DNA of 49,164 nucleotides from an uncultured Clostridium sp. (lineage in GTDB: Bacteria; Bacillota; Clostridia; Lachnospirales; Lachnospiraceae): NCBI GenBank assembly GCA_958442925.1, contig CAUCIO010000001.1, positions 1 to 49,164 on the forward strand, written 5' to 3'. Position 1 is the first letter of the stretch. Each line of letters begins with the position of its first letter. A program made the translations under genes and the position numbers. This document shows positions 9,055 through 20,193 of this stretch, one piece after another. The notes beneath the pieces were generated by a model. That model did not search any database. It worked only from the letters and a program-made list of their open reading frames with translations, and was not told where the DNA came from.

Positions 9055-11013
9055 TCAGCGCAGGATACGCCGTCCCTGTTCTGTGATACGCGTTCCGCTT
9101 CGCCCGGTGTGCTTTACTGCCAGTCCCTTTTGTTCCAGCCCGTCTAAAAGACTGCGGAGGTGGTATTCGCTGACAGGAGTGTCCAGGGATTCTGAGAGAG
9201 CCTGCCGCAGACAGCTGCGCCCTGCAGGCATACCGGAATCCTGTGCATTGCGGATCAGCAGCAGAAGCTGTTTTTCTTCTTCTGGCAAAAGGCTGCCTTC
9301 CAGATGCATCAGATAATCGGGAAGGCAGTTTTCGCGGCATTTCATCAGCTCAAAATATTCAGCTGCATTTCGAAGTTCCCTGACGTTTCCAGGCCAGTCA
9401 TGGGCGAGAAGGATGCGGCGGACCCGCTCCGGTATTTCACATGGTTCGGATAAAAAGCTGGAAAACAGGAGAAGGATATCTTCCTTTCGTTCCCGCAGAG
9501 GGGGAATGGAAACGGGCAGGACGCTTAACCGGTAGTAGAGATCGCTGCGAAAACGTCCGCATTTCATTTCCTGACGCAGATCACGGTTCGTGGCGGCGAT
9601 AATGCGGACATCGATGTCAATGACCCGGTCGCTTCCAATTCGCATAATCTGTTTTTCCTGAATGACGCGCAGCAGCCGTGACTGGAGTCCAACAGGCATA
9701 TCGCCGATTTCATCCAGAAACAGCGTGCCCTTGTCTGCCTGCTCAAACAGTCCTGGCTTTCCGTCACGGCTGGCTCCGGTGAAGGCTCCTCGGACATAGC
9801 CGAATAGTTCGCTTTCCAGGAGATTTTCAGGTACAGCTGCACAGTTTACCGCTACAAACGGCTGATGGCTGCGCTCTGACAAGTGGTGGATGGACTGGGC
9901 AATCAACTCTTTTCCGGTTCCGCTTTCTCCCTCCAGCAGAATGGTCTTGCTGCCAGGTGAAAAGATTCGGACACTTTCCAGACAGCGGTTCATGGCTTCC
10001 GACTGGTAGAGAATATCCTGGATCTGATATCTTGCATGGAAGCCCTGCTTTTTGACCTGGCGGCTGCTCTTTTCTTCCAGCGATTTTACATAAGTAATAT
10101 CACGGAAAAAATAGAGTTCCTGATAGACAGAGCTGTCATAGCTGAGTCTGTTTTTTCGGACCGTCATTTCACAAACCCCAAACCGGGCTGGTTCAAAATC
10201 AAAGGAATCTCTGGAGAAAAACTCCAAAAGAGATTCATCGAAAAGAGAGGAGAGACGTGTAACGCCTTCCCGCACCGGTTTTTTTATCATTTCACGGAAT
10301 CTCTGATTGCATAAAACAATCGTTCCGTCAGGAAGAGTCAGAAGAATACCCAGATCCACAGATTCCAGAACGTGCTTCATCTGAATATTTTTCATAATTG
10401 TTTCTTTATAATATTGATTCAGTCCCCGGTTGGAATTTACAATCCCGTCAGCATAGGACAGCAGCCGTTTGGAAATCTCCTCATCTCCCAGCTGAAGACG
10501 ATAAATAATATCCATAAAAGTGGCCAGATCTACACAGCGATCTCCGATATCAATAATCCGCTTAATAAAGGAAGGAACCCGGTCGGCCTCTCCTGGAGTG
10601 ACGGCAATCGTGACATCGTCCTCACAGCTTGTCTGATCCCAGGGCTTTAAAATCAGATTATCAACATTTAAGTCATAGAGCAGATTGACAGTCTGCAGCG
10701 TATTTTCATAATTATCATTGACTACAAGAACCGGGGTCCCCTGGGGGATCTCAAAGAGCTTTACCAGATTTTTTTCGCTGATGGTCCGGCGTATGATAAC
10801 AATATTTTCCGGGTGGAGGAGCTTTTCTTTGATTCTTTCAATCCGGTCTCCCAGAGTAAACAGAAGGAGATCACCATCGACTGACGGCATCCCGGCGATT
10901 TTCTCAAAGGTCAGCTTTTCAATTTCCGCCTTGCCGCGGAATACACAGAGCAGGTCTTCTCTGATTTTTTCTGCAATCCGTTCCCGGTCTGTGATAATAA
11001 TAATGCGTTTCAA
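9055..11013 (-). CDS. sigma54-dependent transcriptional activator (sensor/PAS-like region, AAA+, winged-helix C-terminus)
   Basis: GESGTGKE, ESELFG, GAFTGA, FLDEIG, WPGNVREL; TTG start at 11013 after GGAGG. Confidence 0.92.
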   Translation of the reverse strand: MKRIIIITDRERIAEKIREDLLCVFRGKAEIEKLTFEKIAGMPSVDGDLLLFTLGDRIERIKEKLLHPENIVIIRRTISEKNLVKLFEIPQGTPVLVVNDNYENTLQTVNLLYDLNVDNLILKPWDQTSCEDDVTIAVTPGEADRVPSFIKRIIDIGDRCVDLATFMDIIYRLQLGDEEISKRLLSYADGIVNSNRGLNQYYKETIMKNIQMKHVLESVDLGILLTLPDGTIVLCNQRFREMIKKPVREGVTRLSSLFDESLLEFFSRDSFDFEPARFGVCEMTVRKNRLSYDSSVYQELYFFRDITYVKSLEEKSSRQVKKQGFHARYQIQDILYQSEAMNRCLESVRIFSPGSKTILLEGESGTGKELIAQSIHHLSERSHQPFVAVNCAAVPENLLESELFGYVRGAFTGASRDGKPGLFEQADKGTLFLDEIGDMPVGLQSRLLRVIQEKQIMRIGSDRVIDIDVRIIAATNRDLRQEMKCGRFRSDLYYRLSVLPVSIPPLRERKEDILLLFSSFLSEPCEIPERVRRILLAHDWPGNVRELRNAAEYFELMKCRENCLPDYLMHLEGSLLPEEEKQLLLLIRNAQDSGMPAGRSCLRQALSESLDTPVSEYHLRSLLDGLEQKGLAVKHTGRSGTRITEQGRRILR

Positions 11014-11092
11014 TACTGCGCCCTCCTGAAGCTGTGTCAGCCTATGCAGGCTCTGTGATTCTGAATGTGTTATTATCACACATTTTACCGCA

Positions 11093-11107
11093 AAATTTCT
11101 GAAAATA
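11093..11107. promoter_or_regulatory. Candidate CodY box
   Basis: AAATTTCTGAAAATA, 2 mismatches to AATTTTCWGAAAATT, upstream of the activator gene. Confidence 0.4.
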
Positions 11108-11214
11108 AAAGACAATTCGCGTGTCTAAAAAAAGACAGAAATGTCACAAATGTTTGACAAAAATATTAAATTAATAAAAACAAAACGAAAACAATGAATT
11201 TAAAATTAATATTA

Positions 11215-11243
11215 TAGACAGAAATGGGAAGAAGCTGTATAAT
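11215..11243 (+). promoter_or_regulatory. sigmaA promoter of the V-ATPase operon
   Basis: TAGACA-N17-TATAAT with an AT-rich upstream element. Confidence 0.7.
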
Positions 11244-11453
11244 ATTTGGAAATATGTGAAATGAACTTATTCTTTTTATGAATGAAGAAAAGAGAGCCGC
11301 ACTATACTAATATGAGGCCCAGACAGGTTTTGGAAAGATACAGACTTGAGACAGACATTTCGCATAGACAGGCAGATCCAAACAGAGGATCAGCAGCCGG
11401 GCGGGAGTTTGAGCTGGAACAGCTGAAAATAAAAGGCAGAAGGTGGTGAGAGA

Positions 11454-11768
11454 ATGGTAAAGGAAACGATTCTGGCAGTACAGGAGGCAGAAGAGAAGGC
11501 AGCAGGATTGATAAGCGAGGCCAGGCAGAAGGGAAAGGAGCTGGCGGAGCAGACCCAGAAGGAGGCGGAGAACCGAAGAGAAAACGCGGAACGGGAAATC
11601 ACAGAAGGCCTGGAAGCTGTAAGAAGTGCTGCTAAGCTCAAGGAGGATGAAATTCTTACGGAAGCCAGACAGGAAGCGGAGACGGAGATCTCACAGATGC
11701 GCAGACGCGCAGAGGAGAAATCAGGGGAAGCAGTTCATCTGATTACGGACATCCTGCTTAAAACGTGA
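11454..11768 (+). CDS. ntpF: V/A-type ATPase peripheral stalk subunit (G/H type; NtpF)
   Basis: Charged coiled coil (EAEEKAAGLISEAR); first gene of the operon. Confidence 0.75.
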   Translation: MVKETILAVQEAEEKAAGLISEARQKGKELAEQTQKEAENRRENAEREITEGLEAVRSAAKLKEDEILTEARQEAETEISQMRRRAEEKSGEAVHLITDILLKT

Positions 11769-11806
11769 CAGATACCGCAGAAAATCCAGACAGGAGGGAT
11801 GTGGAT

Positions 11807-13819
11807 ATGGCAGTTCTGCAGATGAAGAAAATTACCATCTGCGCTCTTTTAACGGATCGGAAACAGGTTTTAGAGTTTCTCCAGGGAGCTGGAGTTGTGG
11901 AAATTTCACGGCTGGAAGAAACTGAGGGAAGCGCTTTCCAGAGACCGGATACCTCTGCCAGGCGGCAGAGCTGCGAGAGGGATGCCTGGACGGCAGAGCA
12001 GGCTCTGGAGGTTCTTGACCAGTATGCTCCGGAAAAATCCTCGCTCCTTGCAGGGCTTGCAGGAAAACCCCTGACTTCAGGGGAGACATTTGCAGCGATT
12101 CAGGAAAATCACCGGCTGGTGATGGAGGACGCAAAGCAGATTTTAGAGTACAGCCGGAAGATAGGAGAAGAGAAGGCATCGATTGCCAAGCTGGAGACTC
12201 AGATAGAAGCTCTTTCTCCGTGGCTGCCTCTCGATGTGTCCATGCAGTGTTCCGGTACGGAAAAAACCACTCTTTTTATTGGAGCGGCAGGAGCGCAGAC
12301 GACGCTGGAATCTCTTTACCAGACAGTGGCAGAGAGGGCACCTTCAGCTGATGTGGTGATTCAGCTGATTGGAAAGGATAAGGATCAGGTATGCGCCGCA
12401 GTTCTGTGTCTGAAAGAAGACGGGACGCAGGTGGAGGAGGCTCTGCGGGCAGCAGGTTTTGCCAGACCTTCTCAAAGCTTTGATCAGATTCCGGCAGTAA
12501 AAAAGGAAGAGCTGGAGGAGGAGATTCAGAATATCCGGGCAGAGATTCGGATGACAGAGGAAAAACTGAAAGCCTACGGCACTTCCAGAGAAAATATCCG
12601 GCTTTTGTCAGATTACTGCCGGATGGGAGCAGAAAAGTACCAGGCGCTGGGGAATATGCTTCAGTCGGGGAAGACAGTGCTGCTGACAGGATATATTCCT
12701 GAGCGGGAGGAAGAGAAGCTTCTGTCCCGTCTGAATGAGAGATTTGACCTGTATGCGCAGACAGAGGCGGTTCCGGAAGAGGAGGAAGCTCCGGTACTTT
12801 TAAAAAACAGTACATTGGCAGAGTCAGCGGAAGGAGTGACAGCCTCCTTCGGACTTCCGGCAAAGGGAGAAATGGATCCAACCTCCATCATGTCGCTCTG
12901 TTACATTTTTTTCTTTGGGCTGATGCTGTCAGATGCAGCTTACGGTTTGATTGTATTTCTGGCCTGCTTCATTCTTTTAAAGAAATTTCCAAGAATGGCA
13001 AGCGGACTGAAAAAATCGATTCGCCTGTTTATGTACTGCGGCATTTCTACCCTGTTCTGGGGCGTTATGTTCGGCGGATACTTTGGAGATGTAGTCAATG
13101 TGGTTTCCAAGACCTTTTTTGGAAGGGAGATCGGCATACCGGCCGTCTGGTTTACGCCTCTTGATGATCCCATGAAGATGCTTGTGATGTCCATGCTGTT
13201 CGGAGTGATTCACTTATTCCTGGGACTTGGACTGAAGGGCTACATGCTTTTAAAGGATAAGCGGGTGCTGGATTTCTTCTGTGATGTAGTGCTCTGGTAC
13301 TGTCTTCTGACAGGGTTGATTTTAATTCTTCTTCCGTCAGAGCTGTTTGCATCCATGTCTCAGATGACCATTGTATTTCCGGAATCAGTCAATCTGCTGG
13401 CGAAGGTACTGACTATAGGAGGAGCTGTCGGAATTCTCCTTATGTCAGGAAGAAGCAGCAAAAATCCGGCTCTCAGGCTGGCTCTGGGAGCTTACGATCT
13501 CTACAACATTACAAGCTGGCTTTCTGATGTGCTTTCCTATTCCAGACTTCTGGCGCTGGGACTGGCAACCGGTGTAATTGCCTCAGTTATCAACCAGATG
13601 GGAAGTATGGCAGGAAACGGAATTTTTGGCGCGGTGATATTTATTCTGGTATTCCTGGTGGGACATGGCTTTAACCTGGCTATTAATCTGCTGGGAGCTT
13701 ATGTGCACACCTGCCGTCTCCAGTATGTGGAATTTTTCGGGAAGTTTTATGAGGGCGGCGGCCGGATGTTTGAGCCGTTTTGCAGAAATACAAAGTATGC
13801 AGATATTAAGGAGGACTAA
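11807..13819 (+). CDS. ntpI: V/A-type ATPase subunit I (a)
   Basis: MAVLQMKK start after AGGAGG; DPT, SDVLSYSRLLALGLA, HTCRLQYVEFFGKFYEGGG. Confidence 0.95.
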   Translation: MAVLQMKKITICALLTDRKQVLEFLQGAGVVEISRLEETEGSAFQRPDTSARRQSCERDAWTAEQALEVLDQYAPEKSSLLAGLAGKPLTSGETFAAIQENHRLVMEDAKQILEYSRKIGEEKASIAKLETQIEALSPWLPLDVSMQCSGTEKTTLFIGAAGAQTTLESLYQTVAERAPSADVVIQLIGKDKDQVCAAVLCLKEDGTQVEEALRAAGFARPSQSFDQIPAVKKEELEEEIQNIRAEIRMTEEKLKAYGTSRENIRLLSDYCRMGAEKYQALGNMLQSGKTVLLTGYIPEREEEKLLSRLNERFDLYAQTEAVPEEEEAPVLLKNSTLAESAEGVTASFGLPAKGEMDPTSIMSLCYIFFFGLMLSDAAYGLIVFLACFILLKKFPRMASGLKKSIRLFMYCGISTLFWGVMFGGYFGDVVNVVSKTFFGREIGIPAVWFTPLDDPMKMLVMSMLFGVIHLFLGLGLKGYMLLKDKRVLDFFCDVVLWYCLLTGLILILLPSELFASMSQMTIVFPESVNLLAKVLTIGGAVGILLMSGRSSKNPALRLALGAYDLYNITSWLSDVLSYSRLLALGLATGVIASVINQMGSMAGNGIFGAVIFILVFLVGHGFNLAINLLGAYVHTCRLQYVEFFGKFYEGGGRMFEPFCRNTKYADIKED

Positions 13820-14296
<477 letters not shown>

Positions 14297-14314
14297 TAGA
14301 AGGGAGAGACCGGT

Positions 14315-14914
14315 ATGACGGGACTGGAAAAAATTACAGACCGGATTTTAGCGGAAGCTGCGGCTGAAGCAGATGAAATCCGGGAAAAGGCAGAGAAAGA
14401 GGCCGGTGCAGTCCTGCGGGAAGCGGAGGAGAGTCTTTTGCGGCTTCAGGAGGAGGCAAAGGAGAAGGAAGCTCTTGTAAAAAAAGAGCTGGAGGCGCGA
14501 GCCAGATCCTCAGCTGCCCTGAAAAAACGCCAGCTGATTCTGGCGGCTAAGCAGGAGCTGATCCGGGAGCAGATTGAAAAGGCCCATCAGAGTCTTTTAC
14601 AGATGGATTCAGAAGAATATTTTTCTTTGATAGAGCAGATGGTTCGGCAGTTTTCTCTTCCGAAAGAGGGGGAAATCCGTTTTTCAGAAAGAGATTTAAA
14701 ACGCCTTCCAGACGGATTTGGCAGGCGGCTGGAGCAGGCAGCTGCAGAACGGGGAGGCAGTCTGAAACTGGGTTCGGAGCCAGCTCGTGTAGATGGCGGA
14801 TTCCTGTTAGATTATGGCGGAATCGAGGAGAACTGTTCCTTCCAGGCGCTGCTGGCAGCTAAGAGGGACGAATGCTCCGACCGGATTCAGAAGCTCTTAT
14901 TTGAAACAGAATAG
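14315..14914 (+). CDS. ntpE: V/A-type ATPase subunit E
   Basis: MTGLEKI, coiled coil, GGFLLDYGGIEENCSF; operon position. Confidence 0.9.
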   Translation: MTGLEKITDRILAEAAAEADEIREKAEKEAGAVLREAEESLLRLQEEAKEKEALVKKELEARARSSAALKKRQLILAAKQELIREQIEKAHQSLLQMDSEEYFSLIEQMVRQFSLPKEGEIRFSERDLKRLPDGFGRRLEQAAAERGGSLKLGSEPARVDGGFLLDYGGIEENCSFQALLAAKRDECSDRIQKLLFETE

Positions 14915-14925
14915 GAGGGAGGATC

Positions 14926-15900
14926 ATGGCGGATAAGAATTATACGTATGCAGTCGCCAGAATCCGTTCGATGGAGACAACTCTGTTTTCCTCCTCTGTG
15001 ATCGAACAGCTGATGGCGGTGAAAACCTGGGCCGGATGCCTTGATTTTCTTCGTGAGAAAGGCTGGGGAAGCGGAAATTTAAACGAGACAGCAGAAGAGC
15101 TTTTAGAGGCTGAGGAGGCGAAGGCACAGAAAACAGTGCGGGAGCTTCTGGGCGGAAATGACAGGATTCTGTCAGTATTCAGCTATCAGAAGCTGTATCA
15201 CAATCTGAAGGCTGCCATTAAGAAGACTGCGTTTCCCGATTTTCCGGGAGAGCTGTACTATGACGGCTGCGGCATTGATGGGACAGAGATGGAGCGGATT
15301 GTGGCGGAAAAGGATTTCAAAGCCCTCCCGGAGCATATGCAGGACGCTGCCAAAGAGGCGTATGAAACCTTTCTCCATACAGGAGACGGGCAGGCCTGCG
15401 ATATTATGATAGACAGAGCAGCGCTGGAAGCTATCTACAGTGAGGGAAAGCGAAGCGGAGAGCCGGTTCTTATGGCTTATGCAGAGTCAGTCACAGCAGT
15501 CGCCGACATTAAGACAGCAGTTCGTTCCCAGAAGACAGGAAAGAGCCTGGAGTTTATGAGGCAGAGCATGGCCCCCTGCGAAAGTCTGAATACAGAGCGG
15601 CTTTCCATGGCAGCTCTTTCAGGTATTTCAGCTATCTGCGATTATCTGGAGGGAACTTCCTACCGGGAAGGGGCAGAAGCTCTGAAAGAGTCGCCTTCCG
15701 CCTTTGAACGGTGGTGTGACAATCAGCTGATTGAGAGCATTAAGCCACAGAAATACAATCCGTTTTCAGCAGGGCCTCTGGCTGCCTATCTGTTAGCCAG
15801 GGAAAATGAGATTAAGACGGTTCGGATCATTCTGACCGGGAAGTTTAATAATCTTCCGGAGGAAGCGATCCGGGAAAGGATCAGGGAAATGTATGTATAA
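14926..15900 (+). CDS. ntpC: V/A-type ATPase subunit C (d)
   Basis: YAVARIR, ENEIKTVRIIL, IRERIREMY. Confidence 0.92.
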   Translation: MADKNYTYAVARIRSMETTLFSSSVIEQLMAVKTWAGCLDFLREKGWGSGNLNETAEELLEAEEAKAQKTVRELLGGNDRILSVFSYQKLYHNLKAAIKKTAFPDFPGELYYDGCGIDGTEMERIVAEKDFKALPEHMQDAAKEAYETFLHTGDGQACDIMIDRAALEAIYSEGKRSGEPVLMAYAESVTAVADIKTAVRSQKTGKSLEFMRQSMAPCESLNTERLSMAALSGISAICDYLEGTSYREGAEALKESPSAFERWCDNQLIESIKPQKYNPFSAGPLAAYLLARENEIKTVRIILTGKFNNLPEEAIRERIREMYV

Positions 15901-16213
15901 GATGGCAGTCGTGGGAGATTATGACAGCATTTACGGCTTTGCCGCCCTGGGACTTGACACATTTCCCGCAGACGGACCGGAGGAGACAGAGCAGGTGTTT
16001 CACAGGCTGGCTTCCGGAGAGTATGCGGTGATTTATATTACAGAGGCGGCGGCTGCCCAAATCAGCCACACAATTGAGCGGTATAAAGAAAGCCTGCTTC
16101 CATCGGTGATTCTCATTCCAGGTGTGTCCGGCAACACGGGCAAGGGAATTGAAGGAGTGAAAAAGTCGGTAGAACAGGCGGTTGGATCAGACATTCTGTT
16201 TGGAGGAGTCTAA
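15893..16213 (+). CDS. ntpG: V/A-type ATPase subunit F (NtpG)
   Basis: KMAVVGDYDSIYGFAALG, VEQAVGSDI. Confidence 0.92.
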   Translation: MYKMAVVGDYDSIYGFAALGLDTFPADGPEETEQVFHRLASGEYAVIYITEAAAAQISHTIERYKESLLPSVILIPGVSGNTGKGIEGVKKSVEQAVGSDILFGGV

Positions 16214-16272
16214 CAGAGTGCAGGAGGCGGCGTCAGGCTGCCAGTTGACAGAAAGGTGGGTGAAGCCTTCCA

Positions 16273-18042
16273 ATGAGCAAAGGTGTGATTAAAAAGGTAG
16301 CGGGCCCTCTGGTTATTGCAGAGGGGATGCGGGATGCCAATATGTACGACGTAGTCCGCGTCAGCAGCCAGCGTTTGATTGGAGAAATTATAGAGATTCA
16401 TGGAGATCAGGCATATATCCAGGTTTATGAGGAGACCTCAGGACTGGGACCGGGCGAGCCGGTAGAATCGATGGATATGCCGTTGTCAGCAGAGCTGGGG
16501 CCGGGCCTGATTACCAGTATTTACGATGGAATCCAGCGTCCTCTGGACGATATCATGAAGGCTACGGGAAGCAATAACTTAAAGCGCGGCGTGGAGGTTC
16601 CTTCCCTGAAACGGAATCTGAAGTGGAATTTTGTGCCCACAGTAAAAGCAGGAGATGCAGTAGAGGCCGGGGATATCATCGGAACCGTTCAGGAGACCAT
16701 TGTGGTAGTTCATAAGATTATGGTTCCAAATGGCGTGAAAGGAACAGTCAAGGAGATCCGGGCAGGAGAATTTACTGTGGAGGAGACAGTGGCTGTCATT
16801 GCCACAGAAACAGGAGACCGGGAACTGACACTGATGCAGCGGTGGCCTGTCAGACAGGGACGCCCCTATAAGAAAAAGCTGCCTCCGGAGATGCCTCTTG
16901 TGACAGGACAGAGAGTAATCGACGCCTTCTTCCCCATTGCCAAGGGTGGTGTAGCAGCAGTTCCAGGTCCTTTCGGAAGTGGTAAGACAGTTATTCAGCA
17001 TCAGCTGGCCAAGTGGGCAGAGGCTGATATTGTAGTTTACATCGGCTGCGGAGAGCGCGGAAACGAGATGACAGACGTACTGAACGAATTCCCGGAGTTA
17101 AAGGATCCGAAAACAGGCCATTCCCTGATGCAGAGAACCGTTCTGATCGCCAATACCTCCGATATGCCGGTAGCGGCCAGAGAGGCGTCCATCTATACGG
17201 GCATTACGATTGCTGAATACTTCCGCGATATGGGATATTCAGTAGCCTTAATGGCAGACTCTACTTCCCGCTGGGCCGAGGCCCTCAGGGAGATGTCAGG
17301 ACGTCTGGAAGAGATGCCGGGTGAGGAAGGTTATCCTGCTTACCTGGGAAGCCGTCTGGCCCAGTTTTACGAGAGAGCCGGTCATGTGGTGTGCAATGGC
17401 TCAGAAGGCAGAGAGGGAGCCCTCTCAGCTATTGGAGCTGTATCACCTCCAGGAGGAGATATCTCAGAGCCGGTATCCCAGGCAACCCTTCGTATTGTAA
17501 AGGTATTCTGGGGACTGGATTCTTCCCTGGCTTACAAGAGACATTTCCCGGCCATTAACTGGCTGACCAGCTATTCTCTCTATGTAGACAATATGGGAAA
17601 ATGGTTTAATGAGAAGGTATCCTCAGAGTGGATGGCATGCCGTCAGGGTATGATGAGTCTTCTGCAGGAGGAGGCAGAACTGGAAGAGATCGTAAAGATG
17701 GTAGGTATGGACGCTTTATCGCCTACGGATCGTCTGAAGATGGAGGCAGCCCGTTCTATCCGAGAGGACTTCCTGCATCAGAACTCCTTCCACGAGGTTG
17801 ATACTTACACCTCTCTGAGAAAGCAGTTTTTGATGATGAAGCTGGTACTGGCTTTCTACGAAAAATCAGAGAAGGCATTAAAAGACGGAGCGGATGTTCA
17901 GGGACTCATTAAAATGCCGGTCCGCGAAAAAATCGGACGTTTTAAATATGTGCTGGATGAAAAGATAGAGACAGAGTATGAAGCAGTGACAGAGGAGCTG
18001 GAAGCAGAGATCGCCGATGTGCTCAGAAGGGAGGACTTCTAA
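16273..18042 (+). CDS. ntpA: V/A-type ATPase catalytic subunit A
   Basis: [28 protein letters not shown]. Confidence 0.97.
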   Translation: MSKGVIKKVAGPLVIAEGMRDANMYDVVRVSSQRLIGEIIEIHGDQAYIQVYEETSGLGPGEPVESMDMPLSAELGPGLITSIYDGIQRPLDDIMKATGSNNLKRGVEVPSLKRNLKWNFVPTVKAGDAVEAGDIIGTVQETIVVVHKIMVPNGVKGTVKEIRAGEFTVEETVAVIATETGDRELTLMQRWPVRQGRPYKKKLPPEMPLVTGQRVIDAFFPIAKGGVAAVPGPFGSGKTVIQHQLAKWAEADIVVYIGCGERGNEMTDVLNEFPELKDPKTGHSLMQRTVLIANTSDMPVAAREASIYTGITIAEYFRDMGYSVALMADSTSRWAEALREMSGRLEEMPGEEGYPAYLGSRLAQFYERAGHVVCNGSEGREGALSAIGAVSPPGGDISEPVSQATLRIVKVFWGLDSSLAYKRHFPAINWLTSYSLYVDNMGKWFNEKVSSEWMACRQGMMSLLQEEAELEEIVKMVGMDALSPTDRLKMEAARSIREDFLHQNSFHEVDTYTSLRKQFLMMKLVLAFYEKSEKALKDGADVQGLIKMPVREKIGRFKYVLDEKIETEYEAVTEELEAEIADVLRREDF

Positions 18043-19416
18043 ATGCCGAAAGAATATAGAACCATACAGGAAGTAGCCGGCCCTCTGATGCTGGTGAGAG
18101 GCGTTGAGAACGTCACCTATGACGAGCTGGGAGAGATTGAGCTGGCAAACGGCGAGACCAGGCGCTGCAAGGTGCTGGAGATCGATGGAGGCAATGCCCT
18201 GGTACAGCTGTTTGAGAACTCTACGGGAATTAACCTGTCCAACAGCAAGGTGCGTTTTCTGGGAAGAACCATGGAGCTGGGCGTATCGGAAGATATGCTG
18301 GGCCGCGTATTCGACGGCCTGGGCCGTCCCATTGACGGCGGCCCGGAGATTCTGCCGGAGGAGAGAAGGGATATCAATGGCCTTCCCATGAACCCGGCAG
18401 CCAGAAGCTATCCTCAGGAGTTTATTCAGACAGGAGTGTCTGCGATAGACGGACTGAATACACTGGTAAGGGGTCAGAAGCTGCCGATTTTCTCAGCTTC
18501 CGGTCTGCCTCACGCCAATCTGGCAGCTCAGATTGCCAGACAGGCCAAGGTAAGAGGAACGGACGAACCCTTCGCCGTTGTGTTTGCAGCCATGGGAATC
18601 ACCTTTGAGGAAGCCCATTTCTTTGAAGAGAGCTTTAAGGAAACAGGAGCCATTGACAGGACGGTGCTTTTTATCAACCTGGCCAATGATCCGGCTGTAG
18701 AGCGTATTGCCACTCCAAAGATGGCTCTGACAGCGGCAGAGTATCTGGCCTTTGAGAAAAATATGCACGTTCTTGTTATTCTGACTGATATCACCAACTA
18801 TGCAGATGCCCTGAGAGAAATCTCCGCAGCCCGAAAAGAGGTTCCGGGCCGCCGCGGCTATCCAGGATATATGTATACAGATCTGGCGTCTATCTACGAG
18901 AGAGCCGGAAGGCAGAACGGAAAGACAGGTTCTATCACTATGATCCCGATCCTGACCATGCCGGAGGATGACAAGACTCATCCAATCCCGGATCTGACAG
19001 GCTATATTACAGAGGGGCAGATTATTTTAAGCCGTGAGCTGTACAGAAAGGGAGTCATGCCGCCCATTGACGTGCTTCCGTCCCTGTCACGACTGAAGGA
19101 TAAGGGAATCGGAGAGGGAAAAACGAGAGCCGATCACTCAAATACCATGAACCAGCTGTTCGCTGCCTATGCCAGAGGTAAGGAGGCCAAGGAGCTGATG
19201 GTGATTCTGGGAGAGGCAGCCCTGTCGGATGTGGATTTAATTTATGCCAAATTTGCCGACGCCTTTGAGAAGGAATACGTTTCCCAGGGATATGAAACAG
19301 ACAGAAGTATTGAGGATACTTTGAAAATCGGCTGGAAGCTGCTGTCGATTCTGCCCAGAAGCGAGTTAAAACGAATTGATGATAAATTCCTGGATCTGTA
19401 TTACGGGAAAGAGTAG
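18043..19416 (+). CDS. ntpB: V/A-type ATPase subunit B
   Basis: [36 protein letters not shown]. Confidence 0.97.
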   Translation: MPKEYRTIQEVAGPLMLVRGVENVTYDELGEIELANGETRRCKVLEIDGGNALVQLFENSTGINLSNSKVRFLGRTMELGVSEDMLGRVFDGLGRPIDGGPEILPEERRDINGLPMNPAARSYPQEFIQTGVSAIDGLNTLVRGQKLPIFSASGLPHANLAAQIARQAKVRGTDEPFAVVFAAMGITFEEAHFFEESFKETGAIDRTVLFINLANDPAVERIATPKMALTAAEYLAFEKNMHVLVILTDITNYADALREISAARKEVPGRRGYPGYMYTDLASIYERAGRQNGKTGSITMIPILTMPEDDKTHPIPDLTGYITEGQIILSRELYRKGVMPPIDVLPSLSRLKDKGIGEGKTRADHSNTMNQLFAAYARGKEAKELMVILGEAALSDVDLIYAKFADAFEKEYVSQGYETDRSIEDTLKIGWKLLSILPRSELKRIDDKFLDLYYGKE

Positions 19417-19430
19417 GGGAGGTGTGATGC

Positions 19431-20090
19431 ATGGCTCAGGCTCAGGTAAACCCTACCAGAATGGAGCTTACAAGGCTTAAGAAAAAGCTGGCTACCGCTG
19501 TCCGGGGACATAAGCTTCTGAAAGACAAACGCGATGAGCTGATGCGCCAGTTCCTCGACCTGGTGAAGGAAAATATGGCCCTCAGAAAAGAGGTAGAGGC
19601 GGGGATTAAAAGCGCAAATCTAAATTTTGTCATTGCCAAAGCCGGAATGAGCGGTCCTGCCCTGAATGCCGCCCTGATTGCCCCTAAACAGGAGGTATAT
19701 CTGGAAGCGGGAAAGAAGAACGTGATGAGCGTGGATATTCCTGTGTTCCAGTACAAAACCAGGACAGCAGATGAGAATGATATTTACCCTTATGGCTTTG
19801 CTTTCACCTCCAGCGATTTAGACGGAGCGGTAAAATCTCTCCAGGATGTGCTCCCGCAGATGTTAAAGCTGGCAGAGACAGAGAAATCCTGCCAGCTGAT
19901 GGCATCTGAGATAGAGAAGACCAGGCGAAGGGTAAATGCCCTGGAACACGTAATTATTCCGGAAACCCAGAAAAACATCAAGTATATTACCATGAAACTG
20001 GATGAAAATGAAAGAAGCACTCAGATTCGTCTGATGAAGGTGAAGGATATGATGTTAGAAGAAGCCCATCATTATACGGAAAAAGCATAA
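19431..20090 (+). CDS. ntpD: V/A-type ATPase subunit D
   Basis: [27 protein letters not shown]. Confidence 0.96.
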   Translation: MAQAQVNPTRMELTRLKKKLATAVRGHKLLKDKRDELMRQFLDLVKENMALRKEVEAGIKSANLNFVIAKAGMSGPALNAALIAPKQEVYLEAGKKNVMSVDIPVFQYKTRTADENDIYPYGFAFTSSDLDGAVKSLQDVLPQMLKLAETEKSCQLMASEIEKTRRRVNALEHVIIPETQKNIKYITMKLDENERSTQIRLMKVKDMMLEEAHHYTEKA

Positions 20091-20103
20091 GGTATAGAAA
20101 AAA

Positions 20104-20170
20104 GGGAAGGCAGAAAGATTCCGACGACTTACAGGTGGAGTAAGGAATCTTTCTGCCTTCCCTCAGTTTT
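20104..20170. terminator. Bidirectional terminator
   Basis: 19-bp perfect arms GGGAAGGCAGAAAGATTCC / GGAATCTTTCTGCCTTCCC between convergent genes. Confidence 0.8.
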
Positions 20171-20193
20171 TAAAATTCTCTGGCAAAACCGCT

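Noticed and set aside
8741..9340. 199-aa minus-strand ORF with a Phe-rich tail
   Set aside because: Out-of-frame overlap with the activator; the Phe-rich end is just the translation of the A-tract/UAS region.
11244..11453. Na+ (DUF1646) or other known riboswitch before the V-ATPase
   Set aside because: No recognisable consensus or terminator by eye; kept only as an unexplained leader.
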